From the NCBI GenBank assembly GCA_903819565.1, contig CAIJDY010000097.1, positions 1 through 47,502 of the forward strand: a stretch of 47,502 bases of DNA, written 5' to 3'. Below the pieces are notes generated by a model. That model was not told the DNA's origin, did not search any database, and saw only the letters and a program-made list of their open reading frames with translations. Made by a program: the position numbers and the translations under genes. Shown here piece after piece: positions 8,697 to 16,397 of the stretch. Position 1 is the stretch's first letter; each line of letters starts with the position of its first letter. The stretch is from Candidatus Omnitrophota bacterium. GTDB lineage: Bacteria > Omnitrophota > Omnitrophia > Omnitrophales > Aquincolibacteriaceae.

Positions 8697-8726
8697 ATTC
8701 TAGCACAAGCCGCGAAACAATGTCAC
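8697..8726 (-). promoter_or_regulatory. candidate sigma70 promoter for the secreted-protein operon
   Basis: On the minus strand: TGACAT, a 17-nt spacer, then TAGAAT (with TG two bases upstream), about 35 nt before the RBS of 8663. Confidence 0.4.
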
Positions 8727-8828
8727 TTCGTGAAAAACGTCCGCGGGATGCCGGGATCTTTCCGTCAACTTTACGCGGCGGCCTGTCGATATTGAAATAG
8801 TGCTGTGTCACAGTTTCTTTGCAGGGGC

Positions 8829-8885
8829 TGTCATTCCCGCGAAAGCGGGAATCTATGGATCCTCCGGTCAAGCCGGAGGATGACA
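8829..8885 (+). repeat. double-hairpin miniature palindromic repeat, copy 2 (short form)
   Basis: tgtcATTCCCGCgaaaGCGGGAATctatggATCCTCCGGtcaaGCCGGAGGATgaca. Same termini and hairpin order as 40270. Confidence 0.8.
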
Positions 8886-8961
8886 ACCCGCTGAAGTGAA
8901 TGCGCCTGAGGGGCGCATTTCTCTGACGGCGGAGTTTTATTTTTAAATAACGGGAGGCGGT

Positions 8962-9756
8962 ATGGGAGGAAAGGTTCTGCTTGTTGATGATGAGCCGGCG
9001 ATCCTTAAGATTTTGAAGGACCGGATTGAGGCGGAGCAGCACACGGTGGTGGTGGCCCAGAGCGGTAAAGAGGCTCTTGAAAAATTCAAGGACGAACAAC
9101 CGGACCTTATTATCACGGATGTCATGATGCCCGAAATGTCGGGCTATGAGTTTTTCGAGGCTCTCCGCGGTATGGGGGGCGAGGCCGCGGCGGTCCCGAT
9201 GATCGTGATTTCGGCGAGAGGGAGCGTGGGGCAACTCTTTGAAAAGTGGGCGATCCGGCGTTTTATGCCCAAGCCCCTCCACATGCCCGATTTTCTCCGG
9301 GAGATCGAAGAGGCGATCGCATCCCGTGCTGATAAAAAAAAGGAAGGACGTTCCTCAGAACAAGGAGAGGCGGGCAAGGTGTTGTTGGCGGGGGTCAGCG
9401 AGTATGAACTGCGCAGACTGGGCCAATTCCTGGAATCCCAGGGCTATAGCGTGTTGCGGGCCTTGGATGAAAAGGATGCAGCGAAGACCGCTCAAGCAGA
9501 ACCGCCTGATTTTATTCTTTTTGAGTATTGGGAAGATGAGGTCCGGTTCGATGCTGTGATGCTTTTAAAACTTCTTGCGGAATCTCCCGAAACACAAAAG
9601 ATTCCTTACGCGATCTTTTGCAACGCCTCCCTTCAGGTCAGCGCCGCTCAAAATTTTTCGACAGCAAGCATTCTCGGTTTTGTGAACGCGAAGGACCTTC
9701 TTCAAAAATTGGAAGTTCTCTTGCAACTTCCGGAATTCAAGCGGAGCGGGTCCTGA
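8962..9756 (+). CDS. response regulator, REC plus C-terminal pseudo-receiver, no output domain (paralog 1)
   Basis: LLVDDEP, IITDVMMPEMSG (phospho-Asp), ISARG and PKP mark a canonical receiver. The second half (KVLLAGVSE...FILFEYWED) has the REC layout but lacks the acidic pocket. Confidence 0.8.
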   Translation: MGGKVLLVDDEPAILKILKDRIEAEQHTVVVAQSGKEALEKFKDEQPDLIITDVMMPEMSGYEFFEALRGMGGEAAAVPMIVISARGSVGQLFEKWAIRRFMPKPLHMPDFLREIEEAIASRADKKKEGRSSEQGEAGKVLLAGVSEYELRRLGQFLESQGYSVLRALDEKDAAKTAQAEPPDFILFEYWEDEVRFDAVMLLKLLAESPETQKIPYAIFCNASLQVSAAQNFSTASILGFVNAKDLLQKLEVLLQLPEFKRSGS

Positions 9757-9765
9757 CCCAGACGG

Positions 9766-9799
9766 AGCACCGGCAGTTCATGAAAGAGGCCTGGAGGGG
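9766..9799 (+). pseudogene. fossil of the cytosine-deaminase 5-prime end left by the tandem duplication
   Basis: agcaccggcagttcatgaaagaggcctggagggg matches 10661..10706 of the intact gene, apart from a 12-nt segment absent here. Confidence 0.7.
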
Positions 9800-9858
9800 T
9801 TCGTACCGAGTTAGGGGTACACAGTACCAGTTTTTTTATTCTCAAAAGGAAGTGTGCT

Positions 9859-10650
9859 ATGGCGGGGAAGGTCCTTATTATTGACGATGAGCCGGATATC
9901 CTTTTGGTCCTGAAGGCCCGGCTTGAAGCGGCACAGTATCAGGTTGTGACGACCCAGAACGGTTATGAGGCCCTTGAAAAATTCAAGGCCGAGAAACCGG
10001 ACCTCATTGTTACGGACGTCATGATGCCCGGGATGACGGGCTACGAGTTTTTTGAGGCCCTCCGGGGGTTGGGGGGCGAAGCTTCCCTGGTCCCGGTGAT
10101 CGTGATGTCGGCACGGGGGAGCATGGGGCAACTCTTTGACAAATGGGCGATCCGCTGTTTCATGCCCAAGCCTCTGGACATGCCGGCGTTCCTCCGGGAG
10201 GTCGAAGCCGCGATCGCGTCCCGCGCGGTCCAGGAAAAGGGACTTCACCGGAAACCGGGAGAGACGGGCAAGGTCCTGATGGCGGGGGTCAGCGAGTACG
10301 AGATGCGCAACATGAGCCAGTTCCTGGAATCCCGGGGCTTTATCGTGCTGCAGGCCCTGGATGAAAGGGACGCGGCGAAGGCGGCGCGGAAAGAATGGCC
10401 GAACTTTATTCTTTTTGAGTACTGGGAGGACGATGCCCGGTTCGATTCCCTGGCGCTTTTCAGATTTCTCACGGCTTCTCCCGACACGAAAAATATCCCC
10501 TGCGCGGTTTTTTGCAACGCCGCGCTTCGGCTTGATGCCGCCAGGCATTTTACGAACAAGAACATTCTCGGTTTTACGAGCGTGAAGGACCTTCTTCAAA
10601 AATTGGAAGTTCTCTTGCGGCTTCCGGAATTCAAAAGGAGCGGCCCATGA
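9859..10650 (+). CDS. response regulator, REC plus pseudo-receiver (paralog 2)
   Basis: Collinear with 8962..9756 over its full length (MAGKVLIIDDEP..., IVTDVMMPGMTG..., LPEFKRSG at the end). Start codons are 897 bp apart. Confidence 0.8.
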   Translation: MAGKVLIIDDEPDILLVLKARLEAAQYQVVTTQNGYEALEKFKAEKPDLIVTDVMMPGMTGYEFFEALRGLGGEASLVPVIVMSARGSMGQLFDKWAIRCFMPKPLDMPAFLREVEAAIASRAVQEKGLHRKPGETGKVLMAGVSEYEMRNMSQFLESRGFIVLQALDERDAAKAARKEWPNFILFEYWEDDARFDSLALFRFLTASPDTKNIPCAVFCNAALRLDAARHFTNKNILGFTSVKDLLQKLEVLLRLPEFKRSGP

Positions 10651-11099
10651 CCTCATCCCAGCACCGGCAGTTCATGAAAGAGGCGATGAAGGAGGCCTGG
10701 AGGGGCCTGCGCGAAGGCGGCATCCCCATCGGATCGGTCCTCGTGAAGGACGGGAAGATCCTCGGCTGGGGGCATAATCGCCGGGTGCAGAGGGGCTCCG
10801 CGGTCCTGCACGCGGAAATGGACTGTCTCGAGAACGCCGGCCGGCTCACGGCCCGGGATTACAAAAAATGCGTGATCTATTCTACGCTTTCGCCCTGTGA
10901 TATGTGCACGGGTGCCATCCTTCTTTACAAGATCCCAGTCGTGGTGATCGGGGAGAACAAGACCTTCAAAGGACCCGAGGCCTATTCCAAAAGGCGCGGC
11001 GTCAAGATCGTCAATCTCGACCTTGACGAGTGCAGGCAAATGATGCGGGATTTCATTACGGCGAAACCCGAACTCTGGAATGAGGATATCGGAAAATAA
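10647..11099 (+). CDS. FCY1-type cytosine deaminase (CMP/dCMP deaminase zinc-binding fold)
   Basis: HAEMDCLENAGRL (H-x-E) and TLSPCDMCTGAI (PC-x-x-C) zinc motifs. The C-terminal KPELWNEDIGK closely parallels the yeast Fcy1 tail. 150 aa. Confidence 0.8.
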   Translation: MTSSQHRQFMKEAMKEAWRGLREGGIPIGSVLVKDGKILGWGHNRRVQRGSAVLHAEMDCLENAGRLTARDYKKCVIYSTLSPCDMCTGAILLYKIPVVVIGENKTFKGPEAYSKRRGVKIVNLDLDECRQMMRDFITAKPELWNEDIGK

Positions 11100-11101
11100 A
11101 A

Positions 11102-11485
11102 ATGCTTATACGGCGTTTGAAAGATTGCAAAGAGATTATTGCCGGAGACGCCTGTCATCTTCGCGAACTCCTGAGCGCGAAACAGGATTGTTTTTCTTTC
11201 CGGTACAGCTTGGCGCACGCCGTGGTGAAGGCGGGCCAAAAGACGAAGCCGCACGCACTGAAAACTTCCGAGGTCTATTACATCCTGGAGGGGAGGGCCC
11301 GGATGCATATCGGTCCGGAGTCCGCGGAGATCGAAGCCGGCTGCGCGATCGATATCCCCCCGAACGCGGTCCAGTGGATCGAGAACACCGGCGCGCGGGA
11401 CCTCCTGTTCCTTTGCATTGTGGACCCGGCCTGGTGTCCCGAAGATGAGGTCGTCCTCTTTGAAATGTCCCTGCCCCGGATCTAA
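11102..11485 (+). CDS. cupin domain protein
   Basis: 127 aa. YYILEGRARMHIG...AGCAIDIPPNAVQWIENTG fits the two-motif cupin_2 pattern. Confidence 0.65.
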   Translation: MLIRRLKDCKEIIAGDACHLRELLSAKQDCFSFRYSLAHAVVKAGQKTKPHALKTSEVYYILEGRARMHIGPESAEIEAGCAIDIPPNAVQWIENTGARDLLFLCIVDPAWCPEDEVVLFEMSLPRI

Positions 11486-11554
11486 CCCCCCGGGGTTGGA
11501 CGGGGACTTTGTCGCTACGGAAGCCTTGTCCGTCGCGCCGTTCCTCGAAAAAAA

Positions 11555-11582
11555 TTCACAAACAAAGAAATTCGGCTATAAT
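11555..11582 (+). promoter_or_regulatory. candidate sigma70 promoter of nfnAB
   Basis: TTCACA, a 16-nt spacer, then TATAAT, 22 nt upstream of the nfnA start. Confidence 0.5.
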
Positions 11583-11604
11583 CGCCCCGATCACGGGGGC
11601 GCGC

Positions 11605-12432
11605 ATGTATCCGATCCTTACGAAGACGAAGCTGAATAACAACGTGGAAGAAATGGTGATCCGCGCGCCGTATGTCGCGCGGCATTGCGAGCCGGGCCAG
11701 TTCATCATCCTCCGCGTGGATGACGAGGGCGAGCGCGTTCCTCTTACGATCGCCGAATACAACCGTGAGCAAGGCTCCGTTTCTATCATCTATCAAGTCG
11801 CCGGCTACACGACCCGGAAGCTCAGTGAAAAAAACGCCGGCGAAGCGATCGCTGATTTCGTGGGCCCCCTGGGACAACCCACGGAACTTCATCCTCTCGA
11901 GCGTGTGATCGGGATCGGCGGCGGGGTCGGTGCCGCGCCTCTTTATCCCCAGCTCAGGAAACTCAGCGAGATGGGGACCTCGGTGGACCTCATCCTCGGC
12001 GCGCGCAACAAAGATCTTATCATCCTCGAGGAAAAATTCTCCAAATTCTGCAAAAATATCTATGTCACGACCGATGACGGGAGTTACGGGACCAAGGGCC
12101 TTGTGACGGAAAAACTTAAGGCGCTTGTCGAAGCGGGCGAGAAGTATGACGAGGTCATCGCCATCGGACCGGTGATCATGATGAAGTTCGTCAGCCTTCT
12201 TACGAAGACGTGGAATCTCAAGACCAATGTTTCTTTAAATCCCATCATGGTGGACGGGACCGGCATGTGCGGCGGCTGTCGCGTGACGGTCGGCGGCCAA
12301 ACCAAATTCGCCTGCGTGGACGGTCCCGACTTTGACGGCCATCAGGTGGATTATGACGAGCTGATGCGACGGCAGGGGATGTATAAATCCGAAGAAGCCC
12401 ATTCCTGCAAAGTCGGACTTAAGAGCGCCTAA
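11605..12432 (+). CDS. nfnA: NfnA / sulfide dehydrogenase beta-like ferredoxin-NADP reductase subunit (PyrK-like)
   Basis: Start at MYPILTKTKL. RVPLTIAEY FAD-binding barrel, GIGGGVGAAPLYPQ NAD(P) site, and a C-terminal GTGMCGGCRV...FACVDGPDF [2Fe-2S] motif. Confidence 0.8.
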   Translation: MYPILTKTKLNNNVEEMVIRAPYVARHCEPGQFIILRVDDEGERVPLTIAEYNREQGSVSIIYQVAGYTTRKLSEKNAGEAIADFVGPLGQPTELHPLERVIGIGGGVGAAPLYPQLRKLSEMGTSVDLILGARNKDLIILEEKFSKFCKNIYVTTDDGSYGTKGLVTEKLKALVEAGEKYDEVIAIGPVIMMKFVSLLTKTWNLKTNVSLNPIMVDGTGMCGGCRVTVGGQTKFACVDGPDFDGHQVDYDELMRRQGMYKSEEAHSCKVGLKSA

Positions 12433-12433
12433 A

Positions 12434-13840
12434 ATGCCTCCCAACATGAGTCCCAAGAAAGTTCCCATCCCGGAGCAGGCCCCCGAAGAGAGGATCAAGA
12501 ATTTCAAGGAGGTCGCGCTCGGCTATACGCCGGAACAGGCTAAGGAAGAGGCCACGCGCTGCCTGCAGTGCAAAACGCGTCCTTGTGTCGCCGGCTGTCC
12601 GGTCAACGTGGGAATACCCGAATTCATTAAAAAAGTCGGGGAAGGGGATTTTGAAGGGGCCTCCCGGATCCTCTCCAGTGAGAATTGTCTTCCCGCGGTC
12701 TGCGGCCGCGTCTGCCCGCAGGAAACCCAGTGCGAAGTCCTTTGCGTGCGCGGTAAAAAGGGGGAACCGGTCGCGATCGGTCGCCTGGAACGTTTTGTGG
12801 CGGATTACGCCATGGAAAATATGCCGCAGGTGATCCCCGAGATCAAAAAGAACGGCATCAAGGTCGCGATCGCGGGAGGCGGGCCGGCGGGGCTGACTTG
12901 CGCCGGAGAGCTCGCGCGGCTGGGTTACGACGTGACGATCTTTGAGGCGCTTCACGCCCTCGGCGGTGTCCTGATGTACGGGATCCCGGAGTTCCGCCTG
13001 CCGAAACGGCTTGTCGCAAAAGAAATTGCGACCGCTCTCAATCTCGGTGTCAAGATCGAGAAGAATGTGATCATCGGGAAATCGATCAAGGTGGACGAAC
13101 TTTTCGCGGAAGGTTTTCAAGCGGTTTTCATCGGATGCGGCGCCGGGCTTCCGTCCTTTATGAAGATTGAAGGCGAGAACTTGAACGGCGTTTATTCCGC
13201 GAATGAATTTCTGACCCGGACCAATCTGATGAAGGCCTATGATTTTCCGAACGTCCCCACGCCGGTCAAGATTGGCAAGCGCGTGGCGGTCGTCGGCGGC
13301 GGTAATGTGGCGATGGACGCGGCCCGGACCGCCAGGCGGCTCGGCGCCGAGGAGGTCTATATCGTTTACCGCCGGAGCGAGACAGAGCTTCCGGCCCGCG
13401 TGGAAGAGATCCATCACGCGAAGGAAGAGGGGGTCATTTTTCAGCTTTTACGCAATCCCGTAAAGATCCTCGGCAAGGACGGCTGGGTTGCGGCGATGGA
13501 GTGCGTGGAGATGGAACTGGGCGAGCCCGATGAATCCGGACGCCGGCGTCCTGTCGTCAGAAAAGGGAGCAATTTTACTTTTCCGGTCGAGACGGTCATT
13601 ATCGCCATCGGCGGAACGCCGAACCCTTTGATCCGTCAGACCACGCCGGGACTCGAGACCCAGAAGTGGGGCGGCATCATCGTGGACGAAGCGACCATGA
13701 AGACCTCCAAGGAAGGCGTTTACGCGGGCGGCGATATCGTGACCGGCGCCGCGACTGTCATTCTGGCGATGGGCGCGGGGAAGACCGCGGCGCGCGCGAT
13801 CCACGAAGCGCTGCAGAAAAAAATGAACGTCATTTCGTAA
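12434..13840 (+). CDS. nfnB: NfnB / GltD-like NADPH-dependent oxidoreductase subunit
   Basis: CLQCKTRPCVAGCPV...AVCGRVCPQETQCEVLC Fe-S motifs. VAIAGGGPAGLTCA and VAVVGGGNVAMDAART dinucleotide folds. 468 aa, directly after nfnA. Confidence 0.85.
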   Translation: MPPNMSPKKVPIPEQAPEERIKNFKEVALGYTPEQAKEEATRCLQCKTRPCVAGCPVNVGIPEFIKKVGEGDFEGASRILSSENCLPAVCGRVCPQETQCEVLCVRGKKGEPVAIGRLERFVADYAMENMPQVIPEIKKNGIKVAIAGGGPAGLTCAGELARLGYDVTIFEALHALGGVLMYGIPEFRLPKRLVAKEIATALNLGVKIEKNVIIGKSIKVDELFAEGFQAVFIGCGAGLPSFMKIEGENLNGVYSANEFLTRTNLMKAYDFPNVPTPVKIGKRVAVVGGGNVAMDAARTARRLGAEEVYIVYRRSETELPARVEEIHHAKEEGVIFQLLRNPVKILGKDGWVAAMECVEMELGEPDESGRRRPVVRKGSNFTFPVETVIIAIGGTPNPLIRQTTPGLETQKWGGIIVDEATMKTSKEGVYAGGDIVTGAATVILAMGAGKTAARAIHEALQKKMNVIS

Positions 13841-13950
13841 AGTTCCGGATATTCCCTCGCGCGGGATTTTGAAACGTTGCTTCAGCTTTTCGAGAGTGCC
13901 ATAATATTTCAATTCCAACGAGTGGTTCTTTAGCGAAACGGGAGGCGGAA

Positions 13951-14343
13951 ATGCCCAGGATACTGATCATTGATGATGACGCGGATATTGTCGAAGCCAT
14001 GCGGGTGGTGCTGGAAAAACGCGGGTACCAGGTAATCATCGCGGTCGACGGCAACGAGGGCCTGGACAAGGCCCGCGCGGAAAAACCCGACGCGATCATC
14101 TTGGACGTGATGATGCCCGGGCTGGACGGTTTTGAAGTGGCGCGGGAACTCAAAGGGGACCCCCAGACGAAGCATATTTCCATCCTCATGCTGACCGCGA
14201 TCAAGGACAAGACGGGTTTTGATTTCCAGAAAGAGACGAGCGACCCTGACTGGCTCCCGGTCGATGATTACTGCAACAAGCCGCTGGACTACGAGATCCT
14301 TCTGGAAAAGATCGATCATTTCGTGCGCAATAAAAAACGCTGA
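13951..14343 (+). CDS. single-domain response regulator (CheY-like)
   Basis: ILIIDDDADI, IILDVMMPGLDG, LTAIKD and a conserved K (CNKPLD). 130 aa. Confidence 0.85.
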   Translation: MPRILIIDDDADIVEAMRVVLEKRGYQVIIAVDGNEGLDKARAEKPDAIILDVMMPGLDGFEVARELKGDPQTKHISILMLTAIKDKTGFDFQKETSDPDWLPVDDYCNKPLDYEILLEKIDHFVRNKKR

Positions 14344-14378
14344 GGTTCCCGCCGGGGATAACAGAGGTCTCGCGGTCA

Positions 14379-15713
14379 ATGAAGAGCCTACCCAGAGATA
14401 ACGCGATCGAAACGAAACAGGTGGAGCAAGTTTTTTGGCTCACCCGCCTGCGATGGGTCGCGGTCCTCGGTGTTTTCGCTACCATCTTCACCGTTTCCCG
14501 GTTTTTTCAGGTCTCTCTGGAGGTCCGGCCGCTTTATACCGTGGCGGTCTTTCTAGCGGTCTACAACGGGCTGTTCGCGTGGCTGGTCGCGGTCCTGCAG
14601 GGACGCCGGTTCTACAAGACGATGAAGCTCATCGCGAACCTGCAGATCTTGCTGGACCTGACCTGCCTGGCTTTTCTGATCCATTTTTCTGGCGGCGTGG
14701 AAAATCCCTTCTATTTTTATTTCATTTTCCACATCATCATCGCCGGGATCCTGCTGTCCCGTCGCGAAACCTTTATCCTGGCGACCTATGCTGTCCTTAT
14801 TTTTCTCGTGATCATCCTGGCGGAGCAGCGCGGTCTTCTGCGGCATTATTGCCTCCCTGGGGTCTTCAAGGTTTCCCTGCACGAGAATTTCATTTATGTC
14901 CTGGGAGTTTCGTTCGTCTTTGTCAGCACGATGTACATCGCCACATACCTGACCACTTCGATCTCGAACCGGCTTCGGGAACGGGAACGCAGTTTGACGG
15001 ACGCCAATGAACTGCTGGCCGAAAAGGACCGGATCAAGAGTGAATACGTTCTGCGCGTTACCCATGACCTGAAAGAGGACCTCGCGGCCATCCATACCTG
15101 CATCGAGCCCGTCCGGAAAGGGCTTACGGGGCCGTTGAACGACGAGCAGACCAACCTTTTGGGGCGGGCCAAGGAACGAAGCAAACAGCTCATCGTTTAT
15201 GTCGACGCGCTTCTCGAGATCACGCGGCTGAAACTGACCGAAAAACTGGAAATGGTCGAATTTTCAGTGGCCGAACTGATCCGCGAGATCGCGGACTCGA
15301 TCGCTCCCGTGGCGTCGCAAAAGAGTTTGACCTTTGAAGTCCGGATATCTCCCGGGATCCCGCTTCTCAAAGGGGTGCGCGTTTACGTTCAGGAAGCCCT
15401 GCTGAACATCCTGAAGAATTCCCTGAAATACACGCTCGAAGGAGGACAGGTCACGTTGCAGGTCCAGAGCGACGGACAGCGGTTGCAGGTCAAGGTCACG
15501 GACACCGGGATCGGGGTCCCGCCCGAGGACCTGCCGAAGATCTTCACGGAATTTTACCGCGCCAGGAACGCGAAGGCCTTGTACAAAAAAGGAACAGGGC
15601 TGGGACTCTCCATCGCCAAGAAGATCGTGGAGATGCACCGGGGCGAGATCGGGATAGAATCCCGGCTCGGCAAAGGGACCTGCGTGAGTTTCGCGATCCC
15701 TCTGATCTCCTGA
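14379..15713 (+). CDS. membrane sensor histidine kinase (about 6 TM, HisKA + HATPase_c)
   Basis: Multiple N-terminal TM helices, H-box RVTHDLKEDL, N-box LLNILKNSLKY, G1 VTDTGIGV and G2 GTGLGLSIA. Confidence 0.85.
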   Translation: MKSLPRDNAIETKQVEQVFWLTRLRWVAVLGVFATIFTVSRFFQVSLEVRPLYTVAVFLAVYNGLFAWLVAVLQGRRFYKTMKLIANLQILLDLTCLAFLIHFSGGVENPFYFYFIFHIIIAGILLSRRETFILATYAVLIFLVIILAEQRGLLRHYCLPGVFKVSLHENFIYVLGVSFVFVSTMYIATYLTTSISNRLRERERSLTDANELLAEKDRIKSEYVLRVTHDLKEDLAAIHTCIEPVRKGLTGPLNDEQTNLLGRAKERSKQLIVYVDALLEITRLKLTEKLEMVEFSVAELIREIADSIAPVASQKSLTFEVRISPGIPLLKGVRVYVQEALLNILKNSLKYTLEGGQVTLQVQSDGQRLQVKVTDTGIGVPPEDLPKIFTEFYRARNAKALYKKGTGLGLSIAKKIVEMHRGEIGIESRLGKGTCVSFAIPLIS

Positions 15714-15757
15714 TCCCCGCGCGTTTTTTTACGCGGACGGTCCTCCGGCCGAAAAAA

Positions 15758-15785
15758 TTGACATTTTGATAAAAAAGATTAGGAT
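15758..15785 (+). promoter_or_regulatory. candidate sigma70 promoter of hydrogenase operon 1
   Basis: TTGACA, a 16-nt spacer, then TAGGAT in the AT-rich spacer after the kinase gene. Confidence 0.45.
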
Positions 15786-15792
15786 AGTCCCA

Positions 15793-15816
15793 TCAATCGT
15801 TCCTTATTTCACAATT
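15793..15816 (+). promoter_or_regulatory. conserved 24-nt operator-like motif, copy 1 (possible Rex site)
   Basis: TCAATCGTTCCTTATTTCACAATT is 22/24 identical to 21349..21372. On the reverse strand it carries a perfect Rex half-site, TTGTGAA. Confidence 0.45.
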
Positions 15817-15838
15817 CTGCGTTCAGGCGGGTAAGGCG

Positions 15839-16396
15839 TTGAATACTCCGGAAGCGAAAACTCAGGACCCGAAAAATCCTTCCAAGAATTGCGGCTGTCA
15901 GGCCACCGAAGAGGACATGATCCGAAGCCTCGACGCGGTGATCGACGGTTTCGCCAAGACCGACGGCGCCCTGATCCCGATCCTCCAAACGGCCCAGAAC
16001 CTTCTGGGATATCTTCCCGCCAGCGTTCTCAAACATATCAGCGTGCGCCTGAAGCTCCCTTACAGCGAAGTGACGGGCGTCGTCAGCTTTTATTCTTTTT
16101 TCTCCACCGTTCCCCGCGGCAAGCACGTTATCCGGGTTTGTCTCGGGACTGCCTGCTACGTCCGCGGCGGCAAGGAAGTCCTGGAAGCGTTCAAGAAGAA
16201 CCTCAAGATCAACGTTGGCGAAACGACGGCGGACCGGATGTTCTCCCTGGAGGTCGGACGCTGCTTTGGCGCCTGCGGCCTGGCGCCGGTGGCGATGGTC
16301 AATGACGACGTTCACCAGCGGGTGAAGTCGGCCAAGATCCGGGACCTGATCAGCCAGTACCAGCACGAAGGCGAAGACGTGAAGGAGGCCCGGTAA
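15839..16396 (+). CDS. nuoE: NuoE-like [2Fe-2S] subunit of hydrogenase 1 (HydC/HndA type)
   Basis: LIPILQTAQ...GYLP, CLGTACYVRG and GRCFGACGLAPV cysteine motifs of the NuoE thioredoxin-like [2Fe-2S] fold. The start is a TTG and therefore uncertain. Confidence 0.8.
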   Translation: MNTPEAKTQDPKNPSKNCGCQATEEDMIRSLDAVIDGFAKTDGALIPILQTAQNLLGYLPASVLKHISVRLKLPYSEVTGVVSFYSFFSTVPRGKHVIRVCLGTACYVRGGKEVLEAFKKNLKINVGETTADRMFSLEVGRCFGACGLAPVAMVNDDVHQRVKSAKIRDLISQYQHEGEDVKEAR

Positions 16397-16397
16397 A

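Noticed and set aside
8275-10656. 335-aa and 281-aa minus-strand ORFs over the response-regulator paralogs
   Set aside because: They are antisense to well-supported REC genes. The fact that they are also 'paralogous' simply mirrors the duplication on the + strand.
11555-11561. TTCACAA heptamer upstream of nfnA as a Rex half-site
   Set aside because: No partner half-site lies at the 6-nt spacing on either side. The hexamer TTCACA is better explained as the -35 element of a TTCACA-16-TATAAT promoter.
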